NCBI GenBank assembly: GCA_002633005.1
Contig: NMRA01000146.1
Location: 757,834-821,833, forward strand
Direction: 5' to 3'
DNA from: Phoronis australis
Lineage: Eukaryota > Animalia > Phoronida
DNA length: 64,000 bases
Both the position numbers and the translations under genes were made by a program. The notes beneath the pieces are model-generated. The model did not search any database and was not told where the DNA came from. It saw nothing but the letters and a program-made list of their open reading frames with translations. Of the stretch, positions 48,851 to 60,600 are shown piece after piece (positions within the stretch are counted from its first letter, which is position 1; the number at the start of each line of letters is the position of its first letter).

Positions 48851-49974
48851 AATAACACTGATCCATGCAAAAGGTTTTAAATCGCGCGCTTTTAAGAGCT
48901 TTGACTTGCCCTGATGATCACTAGAATCGATGCAATAAAGGTATACAAGTTGTTTTTTAACCTGTGTAATCGAACTGCAAATAGAGTGCGTTTTCGTTTG
49001 CGAGAGTGTTCTTTTTGAATCACGGCTTAATCATTTTTTACGCTCTACATGAAAACACAAACTTCTTTCTTTAGGATTGCATATACCAAGTTACCCCGAA
49101 AATATTAGTTTAAAAGTTTTACACCTCGGAGTATACGCGCAACGCCAAGCATTGGGTTCTTACTCCAAAGAGCTAGGAAGGATCTAGCCTTGTGCGAAAG
49201 TGTTACTAAATTAAACACACAAAATTGCGCCGTTGTGGGTAAAAACTGACAGAATGAAATCATCCTAGAATAATCTAAATCATTTACCGGCGTTCCAGAA
49301 ATGGTTTTCTACAATTATTCTGCTGCTAAAGATGTGGTGTGATCTTATGCGTCGACTTTCGGCGCAATGAAACATTACGTCACCTGTTAGCCATTTTCTT
49401 TTTTCCAGATTCTTCAAACAAACGTTCTCCCTCGAGGTTGCGTAAACGTCACAACAAATGATCATATGTTTTTGAAATTTTGATATCAGAAAACCGCATT
49501 TTACAACAAATTTTGATGCGATGTTGTCATCATCTATAGGGGGATGTCGAAAAAATCTGGAAGTGGCGCGTGTCACGAATGAACTCTTTTCAAAAAGAAG
49601 ACAAACGTTTTTGTTATAAAATGACTTCGGATGTTTTTCGCTTAAACGGCCGTAACGGGCATGTTGAATGTCACTTGACCTGCATATTTTGCGAGCACAC
49701 CGGCCGGTCTTTAGCTCATTTTGATACAAGCTTCACGACGAGGTGACGAGCGTTACTATCCGGGCTGTGTGCAATGTCGAGGTCTGTCGGAGCTCAATAC
49801 ACAGTGGCACCTTGCTGTTTTTTGACAAAAGTCTTCGTAACTCTACCTGGCTAGATAGGAAGGTTATGGCTTCGAAACAATTTTCACTCCGATAGTGACA
49901 ACAAATTCAAAATAGTCTTCATGCAACTAGCCGGCTACATAGGAAGGCTCTAGTTTCGAAAAGATGTTTTACTG
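48851..49974. repeat. Inverted copy of 44035-45133 with a terminal exact 66-bp block
   Basis: 49909-49974 is the exact reverse complement of 44054-44119; the rest is diverged. Confidence 0.9.
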
Positions 49975-50079
49975 TTAAATGTTTGTTCGACCAAAGTTCA
50001 CCCGCTAAATCATAAAATGGTAATTGCCGACCAAGGACACGCTTATTCCAAATGGGTCGTCTACGCTAGGCAACCACTT

Positions 50080-50231
50080 TGCCGACCCAAGTGCCGACCG
50101 CAGAGGCGACTCAGCAGACGGCTCCTTGCCGACCGTTGCTGTTCGGCTGCTGGTCGGCTAGACGACCGGTCGTCGACCGGTCCTCTACCAATTTCCCACC
50201 GGTCGGACAGAAAGTCGTTATGTGTGCTGTA
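50080..50231. mobile_element. GC-rich CCGAC/GTCGG foldback MITE right end
   Basis: Same repeat style and atgtgtgctgta terminus as 47890-48099. Confidence 0.6.
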
Positions 50232-50289
50232 GGTTGCATCAGACTACAATCGTGGTATCCACTGGTAATCCAGTGATGGGTTATCCTAC

Positions 50290-50402
50290 AGGACACAAAT
50301 TTCGGGACCGTTTGAAGCTTGTACGGTCCCTGAGCTGAAACGGTGGTTGCAGTTTCGCGAGGCTACCATTTCTGGGTTGAAACGACAGGCACTGATAGAG
50401 AG
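50290..50402 (+). pseudogene. SAP-domain exon remnant, likely from a DNA transposon gene
   Basis: PFEACTVPELKRWLQFREATISGLKRQALIER followed by GT donor (gagag/gtttgt). Confidence 0.55.
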
Positions 50403-52431
50403 GTTTGTCTTTGTTTCCTTTCTGTTCTTTGTTAATTGCTATGTGGTCGTCAAACAAAACATTTGTTTCTGACTAATGGCAGAATTGCAAATGGCGTCGA
50501 TCTACTTCTGTTCTGGGAGTTTTGATCACATGATTTTAATGAGTGTACTCACCGTTGACAGTAACTTCCAACTTCGAGCATTTAAGGACAATGCCCTCTA
50601 ATAGCTGTAAATGTAGCTTCCTTTGGCGTTTATGTTGTGTCTGAAGGGGATGGGTATGGTTTTCACCACCTGTGTACCGTTTGATAAACCTTTTTAGCAG
50701 TTTTGATTAATAACACAGATTAATTTTCTGATGGATAGCATCATTGTATGTAGCCCAGATGGTCAATCGAAAGTGGTATAGAGAACACGAGGAAGTGTCA
50801 GAAGCTATCCAACAGAATGTAAAGTGGTGTTTTTAAGTATGTTGATGTTAACCAATAGATGCTACGTAATTATACTGGTTTAACAATCTGTTTAACTTCG
50901 ATTGCAAATTCATCAAACTGTTTAATTAATGTTGTGCTCTTCTAGATGATATCATTACATCAATGATTAAGACAGGTGCAACAAGAAAGTGAATCCCGCT
51001 GAGAACCGGCAATCAAGGGTACAAACAACAAGACAAGCACCCTCACAGAAGGAATTAGCAACGATGCTGGATGGAGAGATGTACTGCCTTCCACGTTAAC
51101 TCATAGCTTCATATATATCCATTGCACAAATATAATATTACAAATACGACAACAAACATCAGTAGTACGCACACACACACACATATACTCACACACATGC
51201 ACACATGCACACGTTTTTGTGTTTTCTTTATACTTGAGTTATAGTAATCACAATAATTTAAAGCCTATCTTCAACGGTAAAACCTGAAAATTTCGTTCCT
51301 ACTGTATTTTAAGGTGTCCCTCTGACCGCACTAGTGGTATCAATTGTCATATGTAATAACTGACAGACGTATTGGATTGCTTTTATCTACGTCACCGCGA
51401 GAATCACCTTTAAGTACTAGTCCACGAGAGCACCAGCCATGAGCGGCAAGGTGAGGGTCAGCCGATTTTCAACAAATTTGGCACATAGTTAGTCATATGG
51501 ATCTATAAACAAAATATTGCGTTTTCCTAAATTATAGGCTCAAACACATTTTACGGCTTCGCAGCCATGTTTTCACGGTATAAAAACTGTCCAGTTTTAA
51601 CTGTTCTTATTTTTCCTTGAATGAAATCTATTGATTTATTATTCACTTGAAGGTGTTAGTGGTGCCTATAGATTGTTACACAGAGGTCTTGAAACACGAA
51701 TCCTATTTACCACCCTCATTTAGTAGTTTTACTACACTGCCCCCCGTTATGCCATTTTGAGGTTGTGTTCAGTACACTGCTGTACCAAATCTGACCCCAC
51801 TGCTATGAGAATGAAACTTAGCCAAAATGTTGACAAAACAAGTTACTTTCATTGCATGAAATAAAAACTTTGTCAGCCAGTTTATTAGTTATACATTTTG
51901 GCACTTCGATGTACTAACATGAGAAATTTTCATATATCAGAGATCGATGCGTGAGCACCGTAAAATCAGATTGTCCTTCATGTTTTTCGATATTTTGCAA
52001 CAAGTTAAGTCATCCTGAATGTTTTGAACGTTTTACTACTCATCACGTAAGGCTATAGTACCCCTAAATACCATACATGGTTCCATTTTGTAAAAAGCCG
52101 ATTATGTCCTCCACAGTGAACAGGGTTAGACATGGAGTCGACAAATGTAGGTTATTTTGATTTACAGTTGTTTTATTTTGCAAGTTCCTCATGGGTAATT
52201 CTTCACGCATATTCAAGTCAGATTTTCTGTTGATCAAATATTCATGCAATGCATTGTCATATCAAATGAATGATAAGTTTGGTGTCATGACGGCAAATTT
52301 CCCACAACTTAAAACAAAAGACTGCAGAAATTTTCCTGACGAAATACCGGGTTTGCAGTTCTCTACAAACATTCGAATCTCCATGATAGCAAGTAACAGC
52401 ATATGTTCACGAAAACAACAACGGATTTAAA

Positions 52432-52477
52432 ACTTGACATGTTTCGGTGTCATTTATTAAACACCATCCTCAGAAGT
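52432..52477 (-). ncRNA. Minimal type I hammerhead ribozyme (inverted pLTR copy)
   Basis: Exact reverse complement of 54457-54502. Confidence 0.85.
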
Positions 52478-52575
52478 CATAATACAGTGGCCACCTAGCT
52501 AGGCCCAGCAACAAGTAATGAAGCANTATTAAGAAGTCTGATGTAGCTGTATGTTTTGAGCTTATACACGATGCT

Positions 52576-54375
52576 ATGAAAGAAAAACTTCTGGACCCTA
52601 CTAAAGAGACTGAACTGAAGGCTGATTTAACAAGATTGGCATCAACATATGTGTCGTCATACAGACCATCTTGGAGTGATTTGAGAAAGTTTAAGGTGAT
52701 CAAGGAACTGCGAAGAAACGAAAACCTAGTGATAATTAGACCCGATAAGGGAAATGGTGTAGTCATTTTAGATCGCAATGATTATGTCAATTCTTTGAAT
52801 GAAATTTTGAGTGATGTATCGAAGTTTAGACGTGTCAAAGCAGATCCTACACTAACTAGAGAAGGACAGCTGCAGAGGTTTTTACGCAAAATTAAGAATG
52901 ATGGTCGTTTAGATACTGAAACGTACAGCTATTTGTATCCACAAGGTTCACAGCCAGGTAGACTATATGGCCTACCAAAAATACACAAACAGACAGAGGA
53001 TTCCATCCCTCCATTTAGACCTATTGTGTCATCTGTGAATACTTTCAATTACAATCTTGCCAAGTACCTATGTAAGCTACTCAAACCACATATAAATGAG
53101 GACTACACAGCAGGTGATACATTCTCTTTTGTTTCTGAGGTTAGGGGTCAAGTTCTCAGGAATCGATTCATGGCTTCTTTTGACATTGCGAGTTTGTTTA
53201 CTAACCTACCTGTGGACGAATGTATATCTTTGGCTACTGACTATATAATGAAAAACAATCCTAGTGTAAAGATTACTCGAGCTGAACTCATGGAGGTATT
53301 CAAGTTTGCTACCAGCAAGACCCATTTTGTATTTAATGGGGAGGTTTTTAACCAAATTGATGGTATAGCAATGGGTTCACCTTTGGCTCCCATACTAGCT
53401 GGCATGTTTTTAGGTCACCATGAGAAAACATGGATTGAGACATGCACTGGTCCTCACATCTATTTCTATCGACGATATGTAGATGATGTGTTTTGTATAT
53501 TTGAAAATCAGCAGTCAGCCCAGGAATTTTTGGTGTATTTAAACTCGAGGCATCCTAACTTGAAATTCAGTGTAGAATTAGAGGTCGATAACATTTTGCC
53601 ATTTCTGGACGTGTTAGTAGAGCGTGAGGGTACCTCAGTGATAACATCAGTATTTCATAAGAAGACTTACACAGGACTGTACACTTGTTTTCATAGCTTC
53701 ACATCCTTTAAAGTAGGTCTCATAAAGACGCTAATAGACATGGTATATCGCATTAACAACACTTGGGCTAGATTTGATTCTAATATCAAAGAACTTACAT
53801 CGAATTTGCAAAAGAATGGCGATCCCCTAGAATTAGTCAATAGGGTACTGAAAGCAAGACTCCAACGTAAACCTGATGGTGTTCATCCTGTAGACAAAAC
53901 TAACTACAAGTACTTTAAAATACCCTATGTTGGGTTTTACGCCAAAATTGCTCAACGAAAACTCAACAAATTGGTGAATGATTACTGTGTGAACTTAAGA
54001 GTTCTATTAACATTCAAGTCTCTAAAACTGTCGAGTTTATTTAACCCAAAGGACAAAATTTCTATGGGTCTACGGTCCAAGGTTGTATACAAATTTATCT
54101 GTGCTGGATGTGGCTCCAGTTATATAGGCGAAACTGTTCGCCATTTGAAAACCAGGACCAAGAAACATCTAAATTCTGACAGTAATTCACATGTAAATAT
54201 TCACCTGCAGAGCTCCAATCATTGTTATCAGCAGTGCTCTTTCAATGACTTTGCAATAATAGACCAGGCAGTAACAACAAAGGAGCTTAAAATTCGTGAG
54301 GCTTTACATATCAGTTGGTGTAAGCCCAATCTCAATAGGCAACTGACACACCACAGGTTGTCATTGATGGTATAG
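52576..54375 (+). CDS. Penelope-like reverse transcriptase + GIY-YIG endonuclease, probably 5' truncated
   Basis: PDKGNG, LYGLPKIHK, FRPIVS, SFDIASLFTN, GIAMGSPL, RYVDD, LPFLD, VVYKFIC..C...YIGET. Confidence 0.95.
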   Translation: MKEKLLDPTKETELKADLTRLASTYVSSYRPSWSDLRKFKVIKELRRNENLVIIRPDKGNGVVILDRNDYVNSLNEILSDVSKFRRVKADPTLTREGQLQRFLRKIKNDGRLDTETYSYLYPQGSQPGRLYGLPKIHKQTEDSIPPFRPIVSSVNTFNYNLAKYLCKLLKPHINEDYTAGDTFSFVSEVRGQVLRNRFMASFDIASLFTNLPVDECISLATDYIMKNNPSVKITRAELMEVFKFATSKTHFVFNGEVFNQIDGIAMGSPLAPILAGMFLGHHEKTWIETCTGPHIYFYRRYVDDVFCIFENQQSAQEFLVYLNSRHPNLKFSVELEVDNILPFLDVLVEREGTSVITSVFHKKTYTGLYTCFHSFTSFKVGLIKTLIDMVYRINNTWARFDSNIKELTSNLQKNGDPLELVNRVLKARLQRKPDGVHPVDKTNYKYFKIPYVGFYAKIAQRKLNKLVNDYCVNLRVLLTFKSLKLSSLFNPKDKISMGLRSKVVYKFICAGCGSSYIGETVRHLKTRTKKHLNSDSNSHVNIHLQSSNHCYQQCSFNDFAIIDQAVTTKELKIREALHISWCKPNLNRQLTHHRLSLMV

Positions 54376-54456
54376 TTCATTGTCACTCCCTGTAACTGAC
54401 TGTATCTGTGCTTCATTACTTGTTGCTGGGCCTAGCTAGGTGGCCACTGTATTATG

Positions 54457-54502
54457 ACTTCTGAGGATGGTGTTTAATAAATGACACCGAAACATGTCAA
54501 GT
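54457..54502 (+). ncRNA. Minimal type I hammerhead ribozyme in the pLTR
   Basis: ACTT-CTGAGGA-T-GGTGT(ttaataaatg)ACACC-GAAA-CAT-GTC^AAGT; conserved core, stems I and II, palindromic ACATGT stem III; predicted cleavage after 54498. Confidence 0.88.
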
Positions 54503-56539
54503 TTTAAATCCGTTGTTGTTTCCGTGAAAACATTCGAATGACAAGACAAAGTCCACCACTGTCCGTGGCAACTCGTCGCATGTTTTTTCGCCAACCGGTC
54601 CTATCATTGTTTTCTTTTGTTGTGTCATGCTGTAGCTAGATATTACAACACAGGTCGCATGGATATAGAACCTTGCGTACATCAGACCGTTGCCGATAAG
54701 TGCTCGTCATTATATCTTCACTATAACAACGGGAACAATGAAGACGCTAATCTATTGTTCTCTATGCGACCAGGTTTCCGTGGATGACCACAGAAGAAGA
54801 ATCCCAAAGTATCCACAAACAATGACCACGCACCTTAGTAACCTATCCCGCCCACACGAATCCTTTCCGTGGAACATAAACACCAAAATTTTTTATCCGT
54901 GTATTGTGTTGTATTGCTCATGGTGCGGGTTCAGACTCTGTTGTATTAAGATTCCAATCCCCGATCTTGTAATATGTAGTTTGAATAAAATTTCTAGACA
55001 ATGCAGGTTTATGGATTTGTTCTCCTTCAAATGAAGAGTAAAAATCAAATTTTGCACAGTTTTTTTAAAGTAATCACTTATTGGAAGATCACACATCTAA
55101 AAAATGAAACAATGTTTGACAATTTTATTCATTATTTTATTTGAAAATTGCCTACCTCACAGACAACTCATCTAAGTTGAAAATATTCCTTGTGAAAAAA
55201 TATAAAATAGCAACTACAGACTTGTGTAGAACAAAATATGTTTTCGTAATACAATGCAGAAATAACTGTAAGTCAAAAGTGCAAATGTTATGACTAATAA
55301 AAAATTGCCTTCTAGATCTTTTCATCACTCTAATTGCTACAGGACCGAGTCAACCACACAAAGCTCACAAAGTCAGGGAATTACATTTAAGGTGATGTAG
55401 TCTCATTGCGAAAAAGTGATTTCGCAATATCGCTGACAACACTGGAAATCTTTTCTTCACAAACTTGAGGTAGCTGCATTTACCATATCAATGCTCTTAT
55501 CAAAACTAACCACCACAAAATGAACAATTGGCTCGTGGGTACCAATTAGGCAGCTTTCTACAATGAAATGGTCATGACAAAATACTTTTGCAACATGGTT
55601 TGCAATACAATTGCACTAAGATTACAGTTGTACATACATACTAGACCATTAACAAAATTACCCATGGGAACCATAAAATGGTCAATTCACCAAAACAACA
55701 AGGAGCCACCAGAGCTGATGTGCCAATACTTTTCAGTACTGCAACAAAAAATCATTTGAAGTGGACATAAACTCGCCTAAAATCACATAAAACAAATTTT
55801 GATTAAGACGTTTTACCATCATGAAATAGGTATTATTTCCAGGTCACTTTTGAGCAATTTCAGAACTTTGAAAGATCTGGCAATATGCAATTGCAAGAGA
55901 CCAGACTAATAGTGTTTGATTTTATACACAGAGCATGATCTCAAGGAATACCAAACTGTCAATTCGCCACAATTCCAGAAATCACTTCCCATGTGCATAA
56001 GGAACAAAATGAGCAAAAGTTCATAGAGGTAAATGGTCTAAACCAAAACTCATTACCTCCTGGACAGAATATGGGTTTACAACCCAGGCAGAAAGATAAG
56101 TTAAAAAACAGCCTAACTGCAACACGGTCTAAAATTTCAGTAATATATACCCTTTTACAAACAAAAATCTGTAATGATAAATAAAATGCGGAAACATAAA
56201 TTCAGATCAATTACGCATCTTCAAGGAAAAGGAATAGTACAGTTGTCAGAAATCATCTAAATGTGATGGCGACACTGAGAAATCCTGTCAGACCAAAAAA
56301 TCCAGTGGCTAAACAAAATGAACAATGTACCGTTACCATGTGGCCCAGGACCATGTTCCGAGCCTGGACAAAAATGCAGTCTTAGACTAGGTGAATTTTA
56401 GATTTGTGCTGTTCACACAAGCAGTTCTGGTGCAAACAAAGCTTGCGACAACACACAAGCCTACTTCACTACTCAGCTGTGTTGATACAATAATGCCCCC
56501 ACTGGATTTAGCAAATCAGCCAGAGTATTTACAGGTCTA

Positions 56540-57640
56540 GCCACTGTACTGTTTCCTCCTTTTGAATTTTTACAATGCTACATCCTTGGCAATCACAGAT
56601 TGCCTCTTTCAATGCATACTCCACTTCCTCTGTCACAGTTTCCCCACATTTGCTGACTCTGGCCTATCTCAACAAATTACTTTTGACCTGATGTGGAATA
56701 AGCCAGTAATCTTTGGCAAATACTTTTTCCTCGACTCGTTCCTCAAGCTACGAATTCTCTTTGACATATCTTCTGGGAGTAGAGTTTTCGGCCTCTCTCT
56801 AGCCCCCTCACTTAGTTGTCCAGAAGGGTACCTTCTTGCTGGTTGTGAACTTTTCCATACCCAACCTTTACTAATAATCGGCAAGTCTCCAACTTCAGCA
56901 GAAGCCACTTCTTCAGCATAAGCTTTTCCTGATTCCTAAAATTGTATTAATGAAAAATTAAACATATTAAATTTAATGTGGCTATTTCAGCTCAGAAAAT
57001 ATTATTACCAAGCTAAAGTGACGGCTTTAGCATGTTTTATTAACTTCGTAATCGCAGAAAATCATTGGTAGACATAACATACTCCCTAGTCTCTAAAAGA
57101 AGTTCATGGGCAGAAGTTATGTTACACATTTGGTGGTTGTTATGAAAAGTTATGATGACTACCCATTTTCTATGCCAATGTAGTTGCATCCACACATTTG
57201 AATAAGATATGTTTAAGCAATAAGGCCCAAGTTATAAGCAATCACGGTGTGTCAATAAAAGTATTTTTGCATGAATGACGTGCTTCTAAAAATATTCCTC
57301 AGGGTCGGTCCCTGGAGTTAAGTGATTCCTACCTGAGCTCACACGAAGCTGGACGTTGAACTTTGACTTAAGGTCTAGGTCATTTTTCAGACCTCTATCA
57401 GATTTCTCCTCTAGTGTGCAGTGGATGTGTTCTCAGTGTCTTTGGCGACAGCAATATATCTCGAGTGTTGTAACGATGATTCGGTTAAGTGAATCTAATA
57501 CGGTAGATTATGTAGCTCCTGCACACCTGCCTCCGAGGCAGACACTGAGGCAGACTACTTCTCAGGAGGACACGTTCCACCTCCACATCATCTCCATGTA
57601 TTCTTATACGGTGCTCAAATGTCTCGCTCTATATCTTGTG
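56540..57640 (-). pseudogene. Internally deleted transposase remnants (N- and C-terminal parts), Sola3-like
   Basis: ERVLLRS...PNHRY...HPLH segment and LPIISKGWVWK...PEDMSKRIRSLRN...F...WLIPHQVKS segment; no catalytic core between them; family recalled from motif memory. Confidence 0.45.
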
Positions 57641-60600
57641 CATTTATCAGGAGTTTCCAAAGTTTTTTCTCTCCCAATTTGTGGAAATACCACATTGGAT
57701 GCGACTGGCAGTGCCAGATAAATAGATAAATTCGCAAACACGCACTTTAGGTCAGCCATCATTTAACTAACTCATTGTAAACTTTAGTTTGGTATTCTGA
57801 CGAATTGGATGAACAAATTCAGTATAATTTCATATTTTATTTCGAAATGCTAGTGTCCTTAAAATTAATTAAAAACATTTAAGCAAACCAATTCTTTTAA
57901 TTGCTGTATTAAACCACGGCATATTGATGCGTAGAAACGGCGCACAACTAGTGACTGGTTTAACATGGCAAATACACATACGCGGTCTGAAAATAGTGAA
58001 ATTCAGACACCTATTACCAAGCCTGCCTGAAGGGCTGACAAAGTTTTTATTGTATTAATTTGAACGGCATTGAGTCTTCTACATGTCCATGTTATTATTT
58101 TTAATTTTCTCGCGGGGGCAGCTTCGCTATAAGGGTACAGCTTACTGCTGGATTTTCACAAGACGGAAATGTGAGTCCACGGAAACAGTTCCAGTGTTAC
58201 CATGGTAACCGATATTGCAGTGTCGGTGCCGTTCTTACTGACATTGGTCATGGACCTATCATGTGATATCAAAATTGTTCAGAAAAGATTATGTTTGAAG
58301 CAAAAACTGGAGTAGAAAATTTGGGCAAAAATGAGTCATTCCACACCAAGAAATTGCCTCATTTTGCCTCCCAGAACACTTCCCTTGTATCTCCTAAACC
58401 ACCAAACTTTGTGGTGTCATACTTCACCCATTTTCTCTCATCCCTAATGTGATTTATCAGATTAAACATGGATCTGAATGGCTGACCCCCACCTTGCCCT
58501 TGTTGGCTGTACAGTGGTCGGTGGATCCGTGGACTGATACTTAATAGCGGAGTTGCAACCGAATCGATTTCAGGATTGCGCATGTCCGGAAATTAGGGTG
58601 CGCAAAGGCTATTGGGATTGATAAGGGTAAATAGAATGGCCGATTGGTTTGCACGACGTGTGATTTATGTGCATTAAACTACACTGCTGTATGCAATTCT
58701 GCTGCTATTCGAACTAATAAGCGTCCATGGCCCAACAAGTGCCCCAACGCGTTTTCAGACTTTGATAAAGTAAGCGCCCAGCCCATGAACTACATGAGAA
58801 AAATGCCCTTAGCTACAGTTCTGACGTCTCCAATTTATTAATTGAAAGATCCGACAGTTCTGAATTTGTAGACCACGAGCCTCACCGTTATGTCCGTATA
58901 CACTTCAAACTTACGCCGCGATTCAAAAAGAACGCGGAAGTTTTGCTGCTTTTGCGAGGGATGTGCCCCACTACGCGGGTGTGGACTTTGAAAAGAGATG
59001 CAGCGTACTTCAGTGTCAGCGGCCTTGTATTGTTTCTTTCCGGTACAGATCTTCACCGGCCTCAACAAGAATCCAAACTTCTTTGTACACGTGAAAACCG
59101 TGAATCGAAGACTAATGAAAAAATCGACCAGTGTTAGCACGCGGCCAAGAAGCGCGTGCTGCATAATGTACCGGCTATCGGCATCGAAGACACTTAGTCG
59201 GGAACTATCTATTCATGAAAGGGGTAACAAAGCATTGGCAAATAATTATTGGCACTAATTTCCGAATGTTTCTAATACCGTAAAAAACTTTTGCATTTTT
59301 TGAAGAGAAATTATTTAACTAATCGTAATTGTTGTGTTTAAGGTCAAAATGACACACTTCGCACCCTTACACCCCAAATCTTCCGGAAAATAGCTGTTAC
59401 ACTACGGTCACGCATCCACTCACCCGGCGATTCAATGAGTGACAAATCGGTCTTAACGAAAAAATTCTCGAACGTTTTTTAGCTGATGAGACCAGCAAGT
59501 GCTAAGCTAAATATTAAAATACACTCTGCTTGACTGCTTGACTTAATTTCTTTGGATACAATGCACACCTAGATCATTACATTACTCTGGCAAAAGAACT
59601 CTGATGACAAGCATACGCACGCTTACCGTCACACACACGCATACAAACTTCAAAACAAACGTCACGTGACAACAACATGTGTGTTCCTCCAGAGATTTTT
59701 ATCGTGTTGCGGGCTACAATCTAGCGCAGATTTGGACTTAATCTGCGGTTAATCCAGACTCAACAAGAATCTTAGAGACGCTGTTGGGAAAACTTGAGGA
59801 GGATTTCAGGTAATTTGTTGAGTCGAAGCTGTATTCTTATTCAAGAATTCAAGCCCTATCGACGATTGCGAGACCGGCAGCTACGCATTTCTCGGCAAGA
59901 TTTCGCCCTGGGACTTCCAACACAATTTTATGAAAAATGATCGTAATTTAACAACGGGTTTTGATAGCAATGCACCACAATTTTGTAGAAAGTAAATCAT
60001 AATATTCTGCACACTCTATCCTAGCGCGTAATACATATAGTGAGCGTACGTTAAGTGTGTTGACCCAGAACAGGTGATTGTGCAGAGGCATTATCCTCAA
60101 AATTGCTCATGCTGGGTTGGTTCTGGTCAAGCGAAAACAAGTTTTTTTTTTCACTACCAACCGCCGTAGAGTATTTTGTTAATGTTTCTTTGAAGGGAGA
60201 TATTGTTGGACAGTTTCCAAGATACGTTTTCTTGCCGCCCTCAGAATGAGCGCTGCATACTTTATGCTACCAAGTCGGAAAGAATTCACGAAGTAGGCCT
60301 TTGCTACCAGGTCTACTAATGTCTGTGACCCATGTTTAACGCAGTTCTTGATCCTTGGGAAACAGGTAGTAATTTTTTTTTTAGCTCGCTAACTGGTATT
60401 ATAGCATGCCAGGCACAGAACACGTATACATGTAACCTCCCTGTGGCCGGTTCGCCCCCACGCTTGCCGACGTACTTGTTTACCGGCTTAACCACAATGC
60501 AACATTCTGACCCATTTCCAATATGGCGGCATTGCAACTCCGCTATTCAAACAGCTGCGAATAACACCTGCACGCAATTGTGTTCTATTCAGACCACCAT

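Larger units (their letters stand above)
52379..54527 (+). mobile_element. Penelope-like element with inverted pLTR
   Basis: 52406-52525 is the reverse complement of 54409-54528; AAACATTCGAAT duplicated at 52367-52378 and 54528-54539; RT-GIY-YIG ORF. Confidence 0.93.
51414..58540 (-). mobile_element. TTAA-flanked DNA transposon remnant, Sola3-like, hosting the Penelope-like element
   Basis: TTAA at 51410-51413 and 58541-58544; imperfect TIRs gta..agtccacg...cacc...agcca...ggcaaggtg.gggtcagcc; internal transposase-like fragments on -. Confidence 0.6.
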
